NCBI GenBank assembly: GCA_963663275.1
Contig: OY760183.1
Location: forward strand, 96,001 to 160,000
Direction: 5' to 3'
Source: Chloroflexota bacterium
Lineage (GTDB): Bacteria > Chloroflexota > UBA11872 > VXOZ01
DNA: 64,000 nt
The position numbers were made by a program, and so were the translations under genes. Below the pieces are notes generated by a model. The model was not told the DNA's origin. It searched no databases and saw only the letters and a list, made by a program, of their open reading frames with translations. Below, one piece after another: positions 17,523 to 27,054 of this stretch (its first letter is position 1; each line of letters starts with the position of its first letter).

Positions 17523-18698
17523 ATGGCGGATGTCGTCAAAATCAGCATCGAGGCTACGGACGGCGCGGCGCGGGCCGGCGTATTGTCCACGCCGCGCGGC
17601 GCGGTGCGCACCCCCGCCTTCATGCCCGTCGCCACCCAAGCCAGCGTGAAGGCCCTTACCGCGGACGAGGCCGGCACGCTCGGCGCGGAGATGCTGCTGG
17701 CGAATACCTACCACCTGCTGCTGCGGCCGGGGCCGGACCTGATGCGGGACCTTGGCGGCCTGCATAATTTCATGCGCTGGCCGGGGCCGCTGCTCACCGA
17801 TAGCGGCGGCTTTCAGATTTACAGCCTGGCGCATCGGGTGGACGTCACCGACCAGGCGGTCACCTTCCGCTCGCACCTCGACGGCAGCGCCCACGAACTC
17901 AGCCCGGAGCGCGCCGTGGCGGTGCAGGAGGCGCTGGGCGCGGACATCATCATGGCGCTCGACCACCTGACGGCCCAGCCCGCCGCGCGCGCGGACGACG
18001 AAGCGGCGCTGGCGCGCACCCTGCACTGGGCCGCCCGCTGCCGCCAGGCCCACCGGCGCGGCGGCCAGGCGCTCTTCGGCATCGTGCAGGGCGGCTTGCA
18101 CCTGGACCTGCGCGAACGCGCCATCCGCGCGCTGGAGGAGATTGGCTTTCCCGGCTACGGCATCGGCGGCCTGAGCGTGGGCGAATCGAAAGCCGCCATG
18201 TACGTCATGCTGGCGCAACTGCATCTGCTCCTGCCGCCCGGCAAACCGCGCTACCTGATGGGCGTGGGCGCGCCGGAAGACCTGCTGGAAGCCATCGCCA
18301 ACGGCGTGGATCTCTTCGATTGCGTGCTGCCCACGCGCCTGGCCCGCCACGGCGCGCTCTTCACGCCCACGGGCCGCGTGAACATCCGCAAAACCGGCTA
18401 CCGCGCCCAGGTAGCGCCCGTAGACCCCACCTGCGACTGCCCCGCCTGCGCCCACTACAGCGCCGCCTACCTGCACCACCTCTGCCGCGCCGGCGAGTTG
18501 CTCTACCACCGCCTGGCCACGCTGCACAACCTGCGCTTCATCTTTCGCCTGCTCGCGGACGCCCGCGCCGCCATCCGCCAGCGCCGCTTCGCCGCCTTCA
18601 AAGCGGACTTCCTCGCCCGCTACACCCCCGCCGCCGAAGACGTGCGCATAGCCCAACGCCGCAAGTGGCAGGCGCGCCGGGAGAGTCGAAACACCTAG
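17523..18698 (+). CDS. tgt: tRNA-guanine transglycosylase
   Basis: TPAFMPV, LANTYHL, TDSGGFQ, GIVQGG, GGLSVGE, RYLMGVG, DCVLPTR, CDCPAC Zn motif, HNL. Confidence 0.96.
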   Translation: MADVVKISIEATDGAARAGVLSTPRGAVRTPAFMPVATQASVKALTADEAGTLGAEMLLANTYHLLLRPGPDLMRDLGGLHNFMRWPGPLLTDSGGFQIYSLAHRVDVTDQAVTFRSHLDGSAHELSPERAVAVQEALGADIIMALDHLTAQPAARADDEAALARTLHWAARCRQAHRRGGQALFGIVQGGLHLDLRERAIRALEEIGFPGYGIGGLSVGESKAAMYVMLAQLHLLLPPGKPRYLMGVGAPEDLLEAIANGVDLFDCVLPTRLARHGALFTPTGRVNIRKTGYRAQVAPVDPTCDCPACAHYSAAYLHHLCRAGELLYHRLATLHNLRFIFRLLADARAAIRQRRFAAFKADFLARYTPAAEDVRIAQRRKWQARRESRNT

Positions 18699-18796
18699 GC
18701 GCGAGATTCGTAAGCCCGGACGACACGCCTGTCCCGCGCTTGTCGAACGGTTGAAACCCGGAACGCCAATGAAGCGCCACGCAAGCCCAGCCGTAG

Positions 18797-19108
18797 GCGA
18801 CCATCGCAAAACGCCTTCCCCATCGATGGGCTGACAGGTGTAATGCCTCCAATGATCGACTTCACTTGTCATTCCGAACGGAGCGCAGCGGAGAGAGGAA
18901 TCTAAGGCGTTCGCTGCAAAAGCGTCGTTTCTAGATTCCGCGAACCCTGTTCGACGCTCCGCTCGGAATGACATTTACATACCCCTTTCAGCTCTCGATT
19001 GGGGAAGGTTGGAATGAGGGTGAAAGGGATTGACTTCATATGTGTATAACTATAAGAGCACCCTGGATTCCGGCTTTCGCCGGTATGACGGAGTTACGCA
19101 AAGGCCTG
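18797..19108. mobile_element. Nested element: S1 shell > family-A hairpin > S2 shell (18828-18994) > family-B hairpin
   Basis: Outer TIRs GCGACCATCGCAAAAC / GTTACGCAAAGGCCTG with flanks CGTAG/CGCAG; inner GGGCTGACAGG..CCCTTTCAGCTC with TCGAT duplicated, splitting CCTTCCCCA-TCGAT-TGGGGAAGG. Confidence 0.75.
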
Positions 19109-19132
19109 CGCAGCAAGTAGAGAACCAGTCCC

Positions 19133-19777
19133 CTAGCGGAAGCGCGCGCGGAGCTTTGCCCAGCGGGTGTGGGCGTGGACGAACCAGGGGCTTTGGCGCT
19201 TGACCAAGCGGCCGGCGCGCAGGGATTCGAGGAAGGTCCGGGGTGAATCGAAGTCCGCCATTTCCACGTAGGCGCGGCCAAGTTCCGTGGACGTGTGGGA
19301 GTCGCTGCCCGCCGCCGCCGTGAGGCCGTGCGCGGCGGCCAGCAATTCACCCCGCCGGTTATCGCGCGCAAAGGCCGTGCGCGCGTTGAAGACCTCGATT
19401 ATGTCCACCTGCGGCAGGATGCGCATCAGGGCGTCTTCCCGCAGGCGCGAGTTGCGAAACCGGTCGAACGGATGCGGGATCATCACCAGGCCGTCCTGCG
19501 CGCGGATGCGGCGGATCGTCTCCTCCGGCGTCATGCCGCGCGGGATGTCCTCGTGGAGGAACAGGCCGATGATCTCGCCCTCGCGGGTCTTGATCTCGTT
19601 GCCCACGATCACCCGCAGCGGCGCCCACTCCCGCAAGTCCAACGCCCCGGCGATGGTGTTGTGGTCCGTCACGGCCACGCAGTCGATGCCCGCGCGCCGC
19701 CAGCCGGCCACCGCGTCCGCCGGGGCCAGTTCGGAATCCGATGAGTATGACGTATGGGTATGCAGATCGACGCGCAC
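19133..19777 (-). CDS. PHP-domain phosphoesterase
   Basis: DLHTHT..S.D, VAVTDH, PHPFD, EVFNAR, GSDSH. Confidence 0.9.
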   Translation of the reverse strand: MRVDLHTHTSYSSDSELAPADAVAGWRRAGIDCVAVTDHNTIAGALDLREWAPLRVIVGNEIKTREGEIIGLFLHEDIPRGMTPEETIRRIRAQDGLVMIPHPFDRFRNSRLREDALMRILPQVDIIEVFNARTAFARDNRRGELLAAAHGLTAAAGSDSHTSTELGRAYVEMADFDSPRTFLESLRAGRLVKRQSPWFVHAHTRWAKLRARFR

Positions 19778-19840
19778 CGGTGCCTCTCTCCGGATTCCGT
19801 CCGGTCGTTATCATTGCAGGCGGCGGCCAAGCGCGCCGCT

Positions 19841-20974
19841 TCAGCCGAACCGTCCCAGGCCGAACATTCCAATCTCGTGCCGCGTGCGGCCCTCCAGCGC
19901 CAGGTCGGCCATGATCTCCCCCACCACGCTGCAAAACTTGAAGCCGTGCCCGGAGAAGCCGGCCGCGATTGACACGTTCTCGTGCTCCGGATGGCGGTCC
20001 ATGATGAAGTGCCCGTCCGGCGTATTGGTGAACATGCACGGTTTCATAGCCAGCGTCGCCCCCATGCCGCCGGTCATGTACTGGTGCGCGCCGTCGCGCA
20101 GGGCCGCTTCATCTTCCGGATGGCAGGCGCGGTCCACCTCGTCCGGCGCGGTGTCCTGCCGCAGATGGTGGTACTTGCCGATCTTGAAACCGGGAATGCC
20201 GTAAATGGGAAAGCCGTAGTAGTGCCCTTCCGGCACGAGCATGTTGAAGACCGGGAAGCGGTCCGGCGTGAAGAGTTGCGGCTGCGCCGGTTGGAACCAC
20301 CCCATCACCTGGCGTTCCGGCACCGCGTGCGCGCCCAACCGCGCCAACAGGGAACCGCTCCACGCTCCCGCCGTGAAGACCACACGCGCGGCGGTGTAGG
20401 TTCCGCGCGGCGTGCGCACGGTCACGCCGCCGCGCTCCGCCTGCCAGTCGAGCACCGGCTCCCGCGCCCGCACTTCGGCGCCCGCCGCCTGCGCCTGCCA
20501 GACGTGGTGCACGATGCACCGTTCCGAGAGGACGAACCCGCCCTCCGGCTGCCACACAGCCATCATCTCCGGCGGCAGCGCGAAGCCCGGAAAGCGGCGC
20601 GTCAACTCCGCGCTGGTGAGCACGTCGTGCGCCAGGCCGTGTTCCGCGCACGACTTCATGGAACCCTCGACCACGAACGAATCCGGCGCGCCGGCGTCAA
20701 TCGAGCCGGTAACGTAGAGCAACTGCTCGCCGCCGGCCTGCTCAAGCTCGCGCCAGAGGGCGTAGGCCCGCGCCAGCAGCGGCACGTACGACGGATGCTC
20801 GAAGTACGTCAGCCGGATAACCCGGTTCACGCCGTGCGACGATCCCATTTCGTGGGGCACGTCGAACTGCTCCAGGCCCAGCACGCGCTGGCCGCGCCGC
20901 GCCAGGTGGTGCACCGTGGCGCTGCCCATACCGCCCACGCCTACGACGATCGTATCGAAATGCTCTGCCTTCAT
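19841..20974 (-). CDS. solA: N-methyl amino acid oxidase (monomeric sarcosine oxidase/SolA family)
   Basis: GVGGMG FAD motif, GSSHG..R, CMFTNTPD, GFSGHGFKF. Confidence 0.85.
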   Translation of the reverse strand: MKAEHFDTIVVGVGGMGSATVHHLARRGQRVLGLEQFDVPHEMGSSHGVNRVIRLTYFEHPSYVPLLARAYALWRELEQAGGEQLLYVTGSIDAGAPDSFVVEGSMKSCAEHGLAHDVLTSAELTRRFPGFALPPEMMAVWQPEGGFVLSERCIVHHVWQAQAAGAEVRAREPVLDWQAERGGVTVRTPRGTYTAARVVFTAGAWSGSLLARLGAHAVPERQVMGWFQPAQPQLFTPDRFPVFNMLVPEGHYYGFPIYGIPGFKIGKYHHLRQDTAPDEVDRACHPEDEAALRDGAHQYMTGGMGATLAMKPCMFTNTPDGHFIMDRHPEHENVSIAAGFSGHGFKFCSVVGEIMADLALEGRTRHEIGMFGLGRFG

Positions 20975-20993
20975 GGGCTCAAACCTCACTGCT

Positions 20994-21884
20994 TTAGAGA
21001 ATCGGCTCAGGTCGAATGGGTCCTAACGGTATCTCCATCAAGTCCTCGCCCAGGATGATCGTGCCGTCGAAGACCGCCGCCGCCTCGGCCACCATGCGCT
21101 CGCGGATGCCGGGCCGCGCGATCTGCTCGGTGAGGTGGATCAGGACCAGCGTCTCCACGCCGGCCGCGGCCGCCGTCCGCGCAGAGTCCAGGTGACCCGA
21201 GCAGGACGACGTCAGGCGCGGGTCCGTCTCCACGTCGTTCAGGAAGTGGCACATGTGCAGCAGCGCGTTCGCGCCGCGCGCCAGTTCCACCAGTTGCGGA
21301 TTGGGCGCGGTATCGCCGGTGACCGCGATGCTGCCTTCCGTACTCTCGAACCGGTACGCGACCGATTCGAGATACGGCTGGCAATGGACCATTTCCGCAG
21401 TCCGGGCCTGCCAGCCGCCGCCTTCTATGGCAGCGCCCTCACCGACCTCCCGCACCCGCGGCGCGGGCCTCTGGCGCGGCAGTGTACCGCCGCGATGCTC
21501 GTAGATCAGATGGCTGCCCGGGTGCAGGGTGCGTCCCGCCAGGTCGGCCTGGTACGCGCCCTCCTCGCCAAAGAGCAGGCGCGTCATGTGCGCCGTGCCG
21601 GCGGGACCGTAGACTCGCAGATCGGGAATCTGCCCCGCGCCTTGGTCCCAGCGCGTCAGCGTCAGGTAGGCGTAGTCCATGCAGTGGTCGTAGTGCAAGT
21701 GGGTAAGAAAGAGATGCGTGACCCGCGTCGGCGGCACGCCCGCCGCCAGGAGCCGCCGCACCGCCCCCGGCCCGCAGTCGAAGAGCAGCGCGTCGTCGTC
21801 ATGTTCCACCAGAAAGCTGCAACCGCCGCGCTCCAGGGAAGGCGTGGGGGTGCCCGTGCCCAGCAGGGTCAATCGCAACGGCAT
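20994..21884 (-). CDS. MBL-fold metallo-hydrolase (RNase Z/AtsA-like)
   Basis: LLGTGTP, FDCGPG, THLHYDH, VTGDT, LVLIH. Confidence 0.88.
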   Translation of the reverse strand: MPLRLTLLGTGTPTPSLERGGCSFLVEHDDDALLFDCGPGAVRRLLAAGVPPTRVTHLFLTHLHYDHCMDYAYLTLTRWDQGAGQIPDLRVYGPAGTAHMTRLLFGEEGAYQADLAGRTLHPGSHLIYEHRGGTLPRQRPAPRVREVGEGAAIEGGGWQARTAEMVHCQPYLESVAYRFESTEGSIAVTGDTAPNPQLVELARGANALLHMCHFLNDVETDPRLTSSCSGHLDSARTAAAAGVETLVLIHLTEQIARPGIRERMVAEAAAVFDGTIILGEDLMEIPLGPIRPEPIL

Positions 21885-22047
21885 GGTGGCGTGGCCTCTC
21901 TGCGCTCAGCGCGGCGTCCGCTGTCTGTGCTCTGCGCGCCGCGCGCGTTCTGTTAAGATGAATCATACTTGAAACCGCTTGCGCGTGCCCGCGCCGCGCG
22001 CTCGCGGCGGCGGGCGCGCCGCACAACCCGCCGCGTCGATGCGGCGG

Positions 22048-22140
22048 AAAACTACACGTGTGCAAGGCGCAGCTACAGTAGGCGCTTGCAAAAATACAAG
22101 GCATTCGGCTGAAACTACGCGATTCGATGTGAAAACTACA
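22048..22140 (+). promoter_or_regulatory. Five direct repeats (consensus ~AAACTACA) at 21-bp periodicity upstream of the groEL promoter
   Basis: TAC cores at 22053, 22074, 22095, 22116, 22137. Confidence 0.65.
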
Positions 22141-22149
22141 TCCATTGGC

Positions 22150-22178
22150 TTGACTGCGACAGTCGAGGAATCTATAAT
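22150..22178 (+). promoter_or_regulatory. sigma70-type promoter of groEL
   Basis: TTGACT-N17-TATAAT. Confidence 0.85.
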
Positions 22179-22248
22179 TGAGTTAACACCGCCGCAAAGT
22201 GCGCGGTGTGAATTGGTGTAACCCAGGAAGAAGGAGACATCTACGCCA

Positions 22249-23880
22249 ATGGCAAAGCAGGTTGTATTGGACGAGGAAGCCCGGCGCGCGCTCATGGGCG
22301 GCATCGAGAAGGTGGCCGACGCGGTTGAGTCCACCCTCGGCCCCAAGGGTCGCAACGTGGCGTTGGGCAAGAAGTACGGCGCGCCGGTGGTCACCCACGA
22401 CGGTGTCACCGTAGCCAAGGAAATCGAGCTCGAGGACGGGCTGGAAAACGTCGGCGCGCAACTCATCAAGGAAGCGGCGAGCAAGACCAACGACATCGCC
22501 GGTGACGGCACCACCACCGCTACCGTGCTGGCGCACACGCTCATCAACGAAGGCCACCGCAACGTGGTCGCCGGCGTGAACCCCATGATCATGAAGCGCG
22601 GCCTGGAGCAGGCCACCCGCGTCGTGGTCGACGAACTGCGCAGCATCGCCACGCCCGTAACCGGCAAGGCTCAGGTCGCTGAAGTCGCCTCCATCTCCGC
22701 CGCCGACGGCGAGATCGGCGACCTCATCGGCGACGTGATGGACAAGGTCGGCAAAGACGGCGTCATCACGGTGGAAGAGGGACGCGGCATCGGCTTTTCG
22801 GTCGAGTACGTAGAGGGCATGGAGTTCGATCGCGGCTACATCTCGCCCTACTTCGTCACCAACTCCGACCGCATGGAGTCTTCCATCGAAGACCCCTACA
22901 TCTTCATCACCGACAAGAAGCTGAGCGCCGGCAACGACGTGCTGCCGCTGCTGGAGAAGTTCGTGCAGGGCGGCCAGAAGAACCTGGTGGTCATCGCCGA
23001 GGACGTCGAGGGCGAGGCCCTGGCCATGATGGTCGTCAACAAGATGCGCGGCGTGCTGAACTGCGTGGCCATCAAGGCCCCCGGCTACGGCGACCGCCGC
23101 AAGGAAATGCTCCAGGACATCGCCGTCTTGACCGGCGGCCAGGTGATTTCCGAGGAACTGGGTCGCCGCCTGGACCAGGTGATGATCGAGGACCTCGGCC
23201 GCGCCCGCCGCGTCGTGTCCGATAAGGACAACACGACGTTCGTCGAGGGCCACGGTGATTCCGAAGAGGTCAAGGGCCGCATCAACCAGATCAAGGCCCA
23301 GGTGGAAGAGACTACCAGCGACTACGACCGCGAGAAGCTGGAAGAGCGCGTGGCGAAGATGTCCGGCGGCGTAGCCGTCATCAACGTGGGCGCCGCCACC
23401 GAGATCGAGCTGAAAGAGAAGAAGCACCGCGTCGAGGACGCCCTTTCGGCCACCCGCGCCGCGGTCGAGGAAGGCATCGTGCCCGGCGGCGGTATCGCGC
23501 TGCTGAACGCGCTGCCGGCGCTGGACGGCCTGAAGATCGACGGCGATGAGGGCGTGGCGGTGACGATCATGCGCCGCGCGCTGGAAGCGCCCATCCGCCG
23601 CATCTCGCAGAACGCCGGCCAGGACGGCTCGGTCATCGCGCAGGAAGTGCGCCGCCTCTCCAAGAGCCGCCGCAACAAGAACGTTGGCTTCAACGTCCTT
23701 TCCGGCGAGTACGTGGACATGATCGAGGCGGGCATCATCGACCCGCTGAAGGTCACCCGCTCGGCGGTCGAGAACGCGGCCTCGGTCGCGGCCATGGTGC
23801 TCACCACCGACGCCCTGGTGGTGGACATCCCCGAGCCGCCCGCCCCGGCCCCGGCCGAAGGCGAAGGGATGCCCTACTAA
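22249..23880 (+). CDS. groL: chaperonin GroEL
   Basis: [39 protein letters not shown]; RBS AAGGAG. Confidence 0.99.
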   Translation: MAKQVVLDEEARRALMGGIEKVADAVESTLGPKGRNVALGKKYGAPVVTHDGVTVAKEIELEDGLENVGAQLIKEAASKTNDIAGDGTTTATVLAHTLINEGHRNVVAGVNPMIMKRGLEQATRVVVDELRSIATPVTGKAQVAEVASISAADGEIGDLIGDVMDKVGKDGVITVEEGRGIGFSVEYVEGMEFDRGYISPYFVTNSDRMESSIEDPYIFITDKKLSAGNDVLPLLEKFVQGGQKNLVVIAEDVEGEALAMMVVNKMRGVLNCVAIKAPGYGDRRKEMLQDIAVLTGGQVISEELGRRLDQVMIEDLGRARRVVSDKDNTTFVEGHGDSEEVKGRINQIKAQVEETTSDYDREKLEERVAKMSGGVAVINVGAATEIELKEKKHRVEDALSATRAAVEEGIVPGGGIALLNALPALDGLKIDGDEGVAVTIMRRALEAPIRRISQNAGQDGSVIAQEVRRLSKSRRNKNVGFNVLSGEYVDMIEAGIIDPLKVTRSAVENAASVAAMVLTTDALVVDIPEPPAPAPAEGEGMPY

Positions 23881-23914
23881 GAGGCAACCGCATTCTCGCT
23901 AACGAGAAACCGCA

Positions 23915-23949
23915 AAGAGGCTCCCCGTACGGGGAGCCTCTTCTATCTT
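23915..23949 (+). terminator. Intrinsic terminator after groEL
   Basis: AAGAGGCTCCCC-GTAC-GGGGAGCCTCTT followed by a T-rich tract. Confidence 0.8.
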
Positions 23950-24117
23950 GTCCCCTCTCCCTGTGGGAGAGGGTTAGGGTGAGGGGAGACTTTACGGCGA
24001 ATCATACCCAATTCTTGCGAGATGGGGCGGAACCGACGAGGATTCCCCCTCACCCCGGCCCTCTCCCCAGGGAGAGGGAGTCTGATCGCGCGCCGACCTA
24101 TGTTGCGCAAAGGTCTC
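23950..24117. mobile_element. S1 element copy (one TIR retained)
   Basis: Family-A hairpin pair colinear with the reverse complement of 569-770; ends GTTGCGCAAAGGTCTC. Confidence 0.7.
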
Positions 24118-24175
24118 ACGAGGGAGAGGGCTAGGGTGAGGGTGATTTACCCCAAGAGGCCACGTTGAAACCGCG

Positions 24176-26626
24176 CTAGCCCCGCAATTTCCTGTGGCCG
24201 GGGTCGTACAGCGGTTCCGCCGTTACCGTAGCCGCATACCGCTTGCCGAAGTACTCTATTTCCACCCCGGTACCGGGCGTCGCATACGCCAGCGGCAGAT
24301 ACCCGTAGGCGATGCTCTTGCCGACGCTGTAGCCGAAACCCGCGCTGGTCACGTAGCCCAGCGCGCGCTCGCCGTCCAGGATCGGCTCCTTGCCCATCAC
24401 CACGTGGCTGGCATCGTCCAGCGTGAGGCAGCAGAGCCGCCGCGCGATACCCGCTTCCCTGATGCGCGTGAGCGCCTCCCGGCCCAGGAAATCGCCCTTG
24501 TCGACTTTCACCGCCCAACCCAGGCCGGCCTCGTACGGATTGTACTCGGTATGGATGTCCGCGCCCCACATGCGGTAGCCTTTCTCCAACCGCAGGGACT
24601 CGAACGCCCCGCCGCCGCCCGCGATGATGCCATAAGGCTGCCCCGCTTCCCAGAGCGCGTCCCAGACGCCGAGGCCGTACTCGGTGGGCATATAGATTTC
24701 CCAGCCCAACTCGCCCACGTAGGAGACGCGCAACGCCCGCGCCGGCGCCGCGCCGATGGTGATTGACTTGCTGGCGAAATAGGGCAAGGCGCGGTTGGAT
24801 ACGTCCTCAGCGCACACCTGTTGCAGCACGTCCCGCGCCCGCGGCCCCCACAGGCCGATGCCGCAATATGCCGAAGTCACGTCAATGATCGTCACCGAGC
24901 CGTCAGCGGGCGCGTGGCGGCGCAGCCACGCCAAGTCCCGCGTGCCGCTCGCGCCGCCGGTGAGCACCAGAAAGCGGTCTCGCGCCAGCCGCGTCAGCGT
25001 CAGGTCGCACTGGATGCCGCCGTTTTGGTTCAGCAGCGCCGTGTACACCACCTTGCCCACCGGACGGTCGATCCGGTTGGCAGTGATTGAGTCCAGGAAG
25101 CCCAGCGCGCCCGGCCCGCTCACCTCCAACTTGGTGAAGGGAGTCAGGTCGTAGAGAGCCGCGCGCTCGCGGGTGGCGCGGTGCTCGCCGGCCTGGATGG
25201 GACTCCAGTGCCGCGCCTCCCAACCGGAGCGCACCGGCGCATCTTCTCCGGCAGCCAGTTCCGCGTTAGCCTCGAACCACTGCGGCCGCTCCCACCCGGC
25301 GCTCTCGAAGCAGACCGCGCCCAGCGCCTCGAAGCGCGGCTGGAACGGGCTGCGCCGCACGTTTCGGGGATTCTCCAGTTGCTGCAGCGGGTGGATGATG
25401 TCGTAGACCTCCCGGTACTGCTGCGCCCCGCGCGCCCGCACGTAGGCCGGGGTGTGCGCGTGCGGCGGAAAGCGGAGATAGTCGGCTTCCCGCAGGTCGA
25501 GGCCGGTCACGCCCTCGTCCATCCACTCGGCCACCACGTTGCCCGCGCCGCCGCCGTGGGTAATCCACACCGCCTCGGCGATCCACAAGCCGTCCACCCC
25601 CGGCGCTTCACCCAGAATGGATAGACCGTCCGGCGTGAAGGAGAACATGCCGTTGAAAGCGTCGGTCAGTTCGACGTCGCGCAGGGTGGGAATGAGTTCG
25701 CCCGCCGCCCGGCGCGCCACCGCGAAGTGCTCCGGCGTGAAGTCCATCATGGCCGGCGCGCGCTTGGCCGCGGCCGGGCTGAGAATGTCATCCGGTTCCA
25801 CGGGCAGCGGTTCGTGCTTGTACGACCCGATGCCGTAGTGATCGCCCTCCTGGCGGAAGTACATGGCGTAGTCCTGGTGCCGCACGATGGGATGAACGAC
25901 CTCGCGGGTCTCGCCGCGCAGCGCGGGCAGCGGCGCGGTGCGGGTGTACTGGTGCTGCACCGGCAGCAGCGGAATGGAAACACCGGCCATGCGCCCGACC
26001 CTGGGCCCCCAGATGCCGGCGCAGATGAGCACGGTTTCGGCGCTGATGCGGCCCGCGCTGGTCTCCACCGCCCGCGCGCGCCCACCTTTCACCACAATGC
26101 CGGTAACGGTGGTATGGCCGTGGAACGCCGCGCCGCGCTCCCGCGCGTAGCGGGACATGGCCTCGGCGGCGCGCACCGGCTTGGCGATGCCGTCGCTGGG
26201 CACGTAGTACGCGCCGTGAATGACGTTGGAATCGAGCAGCGGCACGAGGTCTTGGGATTCTTCAGGGGAAATCAAACGGGCTTCCAGGCCGTACGACTTG
26301 GCGAAGCCCGCCTTGCGGTGCAGGTCCTGCCACCGCTCTTCCGTGTACGCCACCTCCAGGCTGCCCACGCCATACCAGCACGGCTGCCCGTCCAGTTCCA
26401 GCCCACCGTAGAGCGCCACCGTATCCTGGGCCAGCGTGGTCATGAGCTTGGAGGCGTTTGTCTGAAATACCAGGCCGGGCGCGTGGGAACTGGAGCCGCC
26501 GGTGTCGAACAGCGGCCCCTGATCCACCACGACGATGTCCCGCCACCCGCGCCGGGTGAGGTAATAGGCGACGCTGCACCCCACGATGCCGGCGCCGATG
26601 ATGACGAGACGCGCCTGCGATTGCAC
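24176..26626 (-). CDS. Dimethylglycine oxidase/dehydrogenase-like protein (FAD domain plus GcvT-like folate domain)
   Basis: GAGIVG, GGSSSHAPGLVFQ, FSFTPDG, AEAVWITH, GWERPQWF, SYVGELGWE, LRLEKGY; GTG start after AAGGAG. Confidence 0.9.
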   Translation of the reverse strand: MQSQARLVIIGAGIVGCSVAYYLTRRGWRDIVVVDQGPLFDTGGSSSHAPGLVFQTNASKLMTTLAQDTVALYGGLELDGQPCWYGVGSLEVAYTEERWQDLHRKAGFAKSYGLEARLISPEESQDLVPLLDSNVIHGAYYVPSDGIAKPVRAAEAMSRYARERGAAFHGHTTVTGIVVKGGRARAVETSAGRISAETVLICAGIWGPRVGRMAGVSIPLLPVQHQYTRTAPLPALRGETREVVHPIVRHQDYAMYFRQEGDHYGIGSYKHEPLPVEPDDILSPAAAKRAPAMMDFTPEHFAVARRAAGELIPTLRDVELTDAFNGMFSFTPDGLSILGEAPGVDGLWIAEAVWITHGGGAGNVVAEWMDEGVTGLDLREADYLRFPPHAHTPAYVRARGAQQYREVYDIIHPLQQLENPRNVRRSPFQPRFEALGAVCFESAGWERPQWFEANAELAAGEDAPVRSGWEARHWSPIQAGEHRATRERAALYDLTPFTKLEVSGPGALGFLDSITANRIDRPVGKVVYTALLNQNGGIQCDLTLTRLARDRFLVLTGGASGTRDLAWLRRHAPADGSVTIIDVTSAYCGIGLWGPRARDVLQQVCAEDVSNRALPYFASKSITIGAAPARALRVSYVGELGWEIYMPTEYGLGVWDALWEAGQPYGIIAGGGGAFESLRLEKGYRMWGADIHTEYNPYEAGLGWAVKVDKGDFLGREALTRIREAGIARRLCCLTLDDASHVVMGKEPILDGERALGYVTSAGFGYSVGKSIAYGYLPLAYATPGTGVEIEYFGKRYAATVTAEPLYDPGHRKLRG

Positions 26627-26675
26627 GAGACTTTCTCCTTCGTTGGATTGCGGCAAGCGCCGCCGAAAACGAGGG

Positions 26676-27000
26676 TGTAGGGGCGGTTCGGGGGGAGCAG
26701 AGGCTATTCCCGGCGCGTAGGGGCGGTTCGCGAACCGCCCCCGCAGGGGCCGCTCCCCCACACCCGTTGCGCGGGGCGTAGAGGCGGTTCGCGAGCCATA
26801 GGGAATGTTCGCGAACGCAGGCCGCAGGGGCGGTTCGCGAACCATAGGGAGTGATCGCGAACCCAAGCCATAGGGGCGGTTCGCGAACCGCCCCTACTCC
26901 CACACACCCGTAGCGCGGGGGCTTGTCCCCTGCCTCCGGTTTTTCGCCCGTGTCCCGGCGCGACGGCGGCCCGGCGCAGGTTGCAAACCTGCGCTACCGG
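26676..27000. repeat. GTAG-REP cluster (GTAGGGGCGGTTCGCGAACCGCCCCTAC family plus others)
   Basis: About six GGGGCGGTTCGCGAACC variants, one GTAGCGCGGGGGCTTGTCCCC and one CGCAGGTTGCAAACCTGCGCTAC. Confidence 0.85.
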
Positions 27001-27054
27001 ATGCGGGATGCAAGCCCGCGGCTGCCGGGTACCGGGACAATCGCGCCGGGGCGC

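Noticed and set aside
18941-18953. CGAACCCTGTTCG as a LexA (GAAC-N4-GTTC) box
   Set aside because: Spacer is N3 and it lies inside a repeat, not a promoter.
22183-22205. Possible CIRCE in the groEL leader (TTAACACC...AAGTGC)
   Set aside because: Half-sites are poor and the spacer is about 5 nt, not 9.
26627-26866. N-terminal extensions in the ORF track (DMG oxidase, tgt, amidohydrolase 36933, GNAT 32454, pstS 49775)
   Set aside because: They run through repeat clusters or intergenic DNA, and better RBS-linked starts lie downstream.
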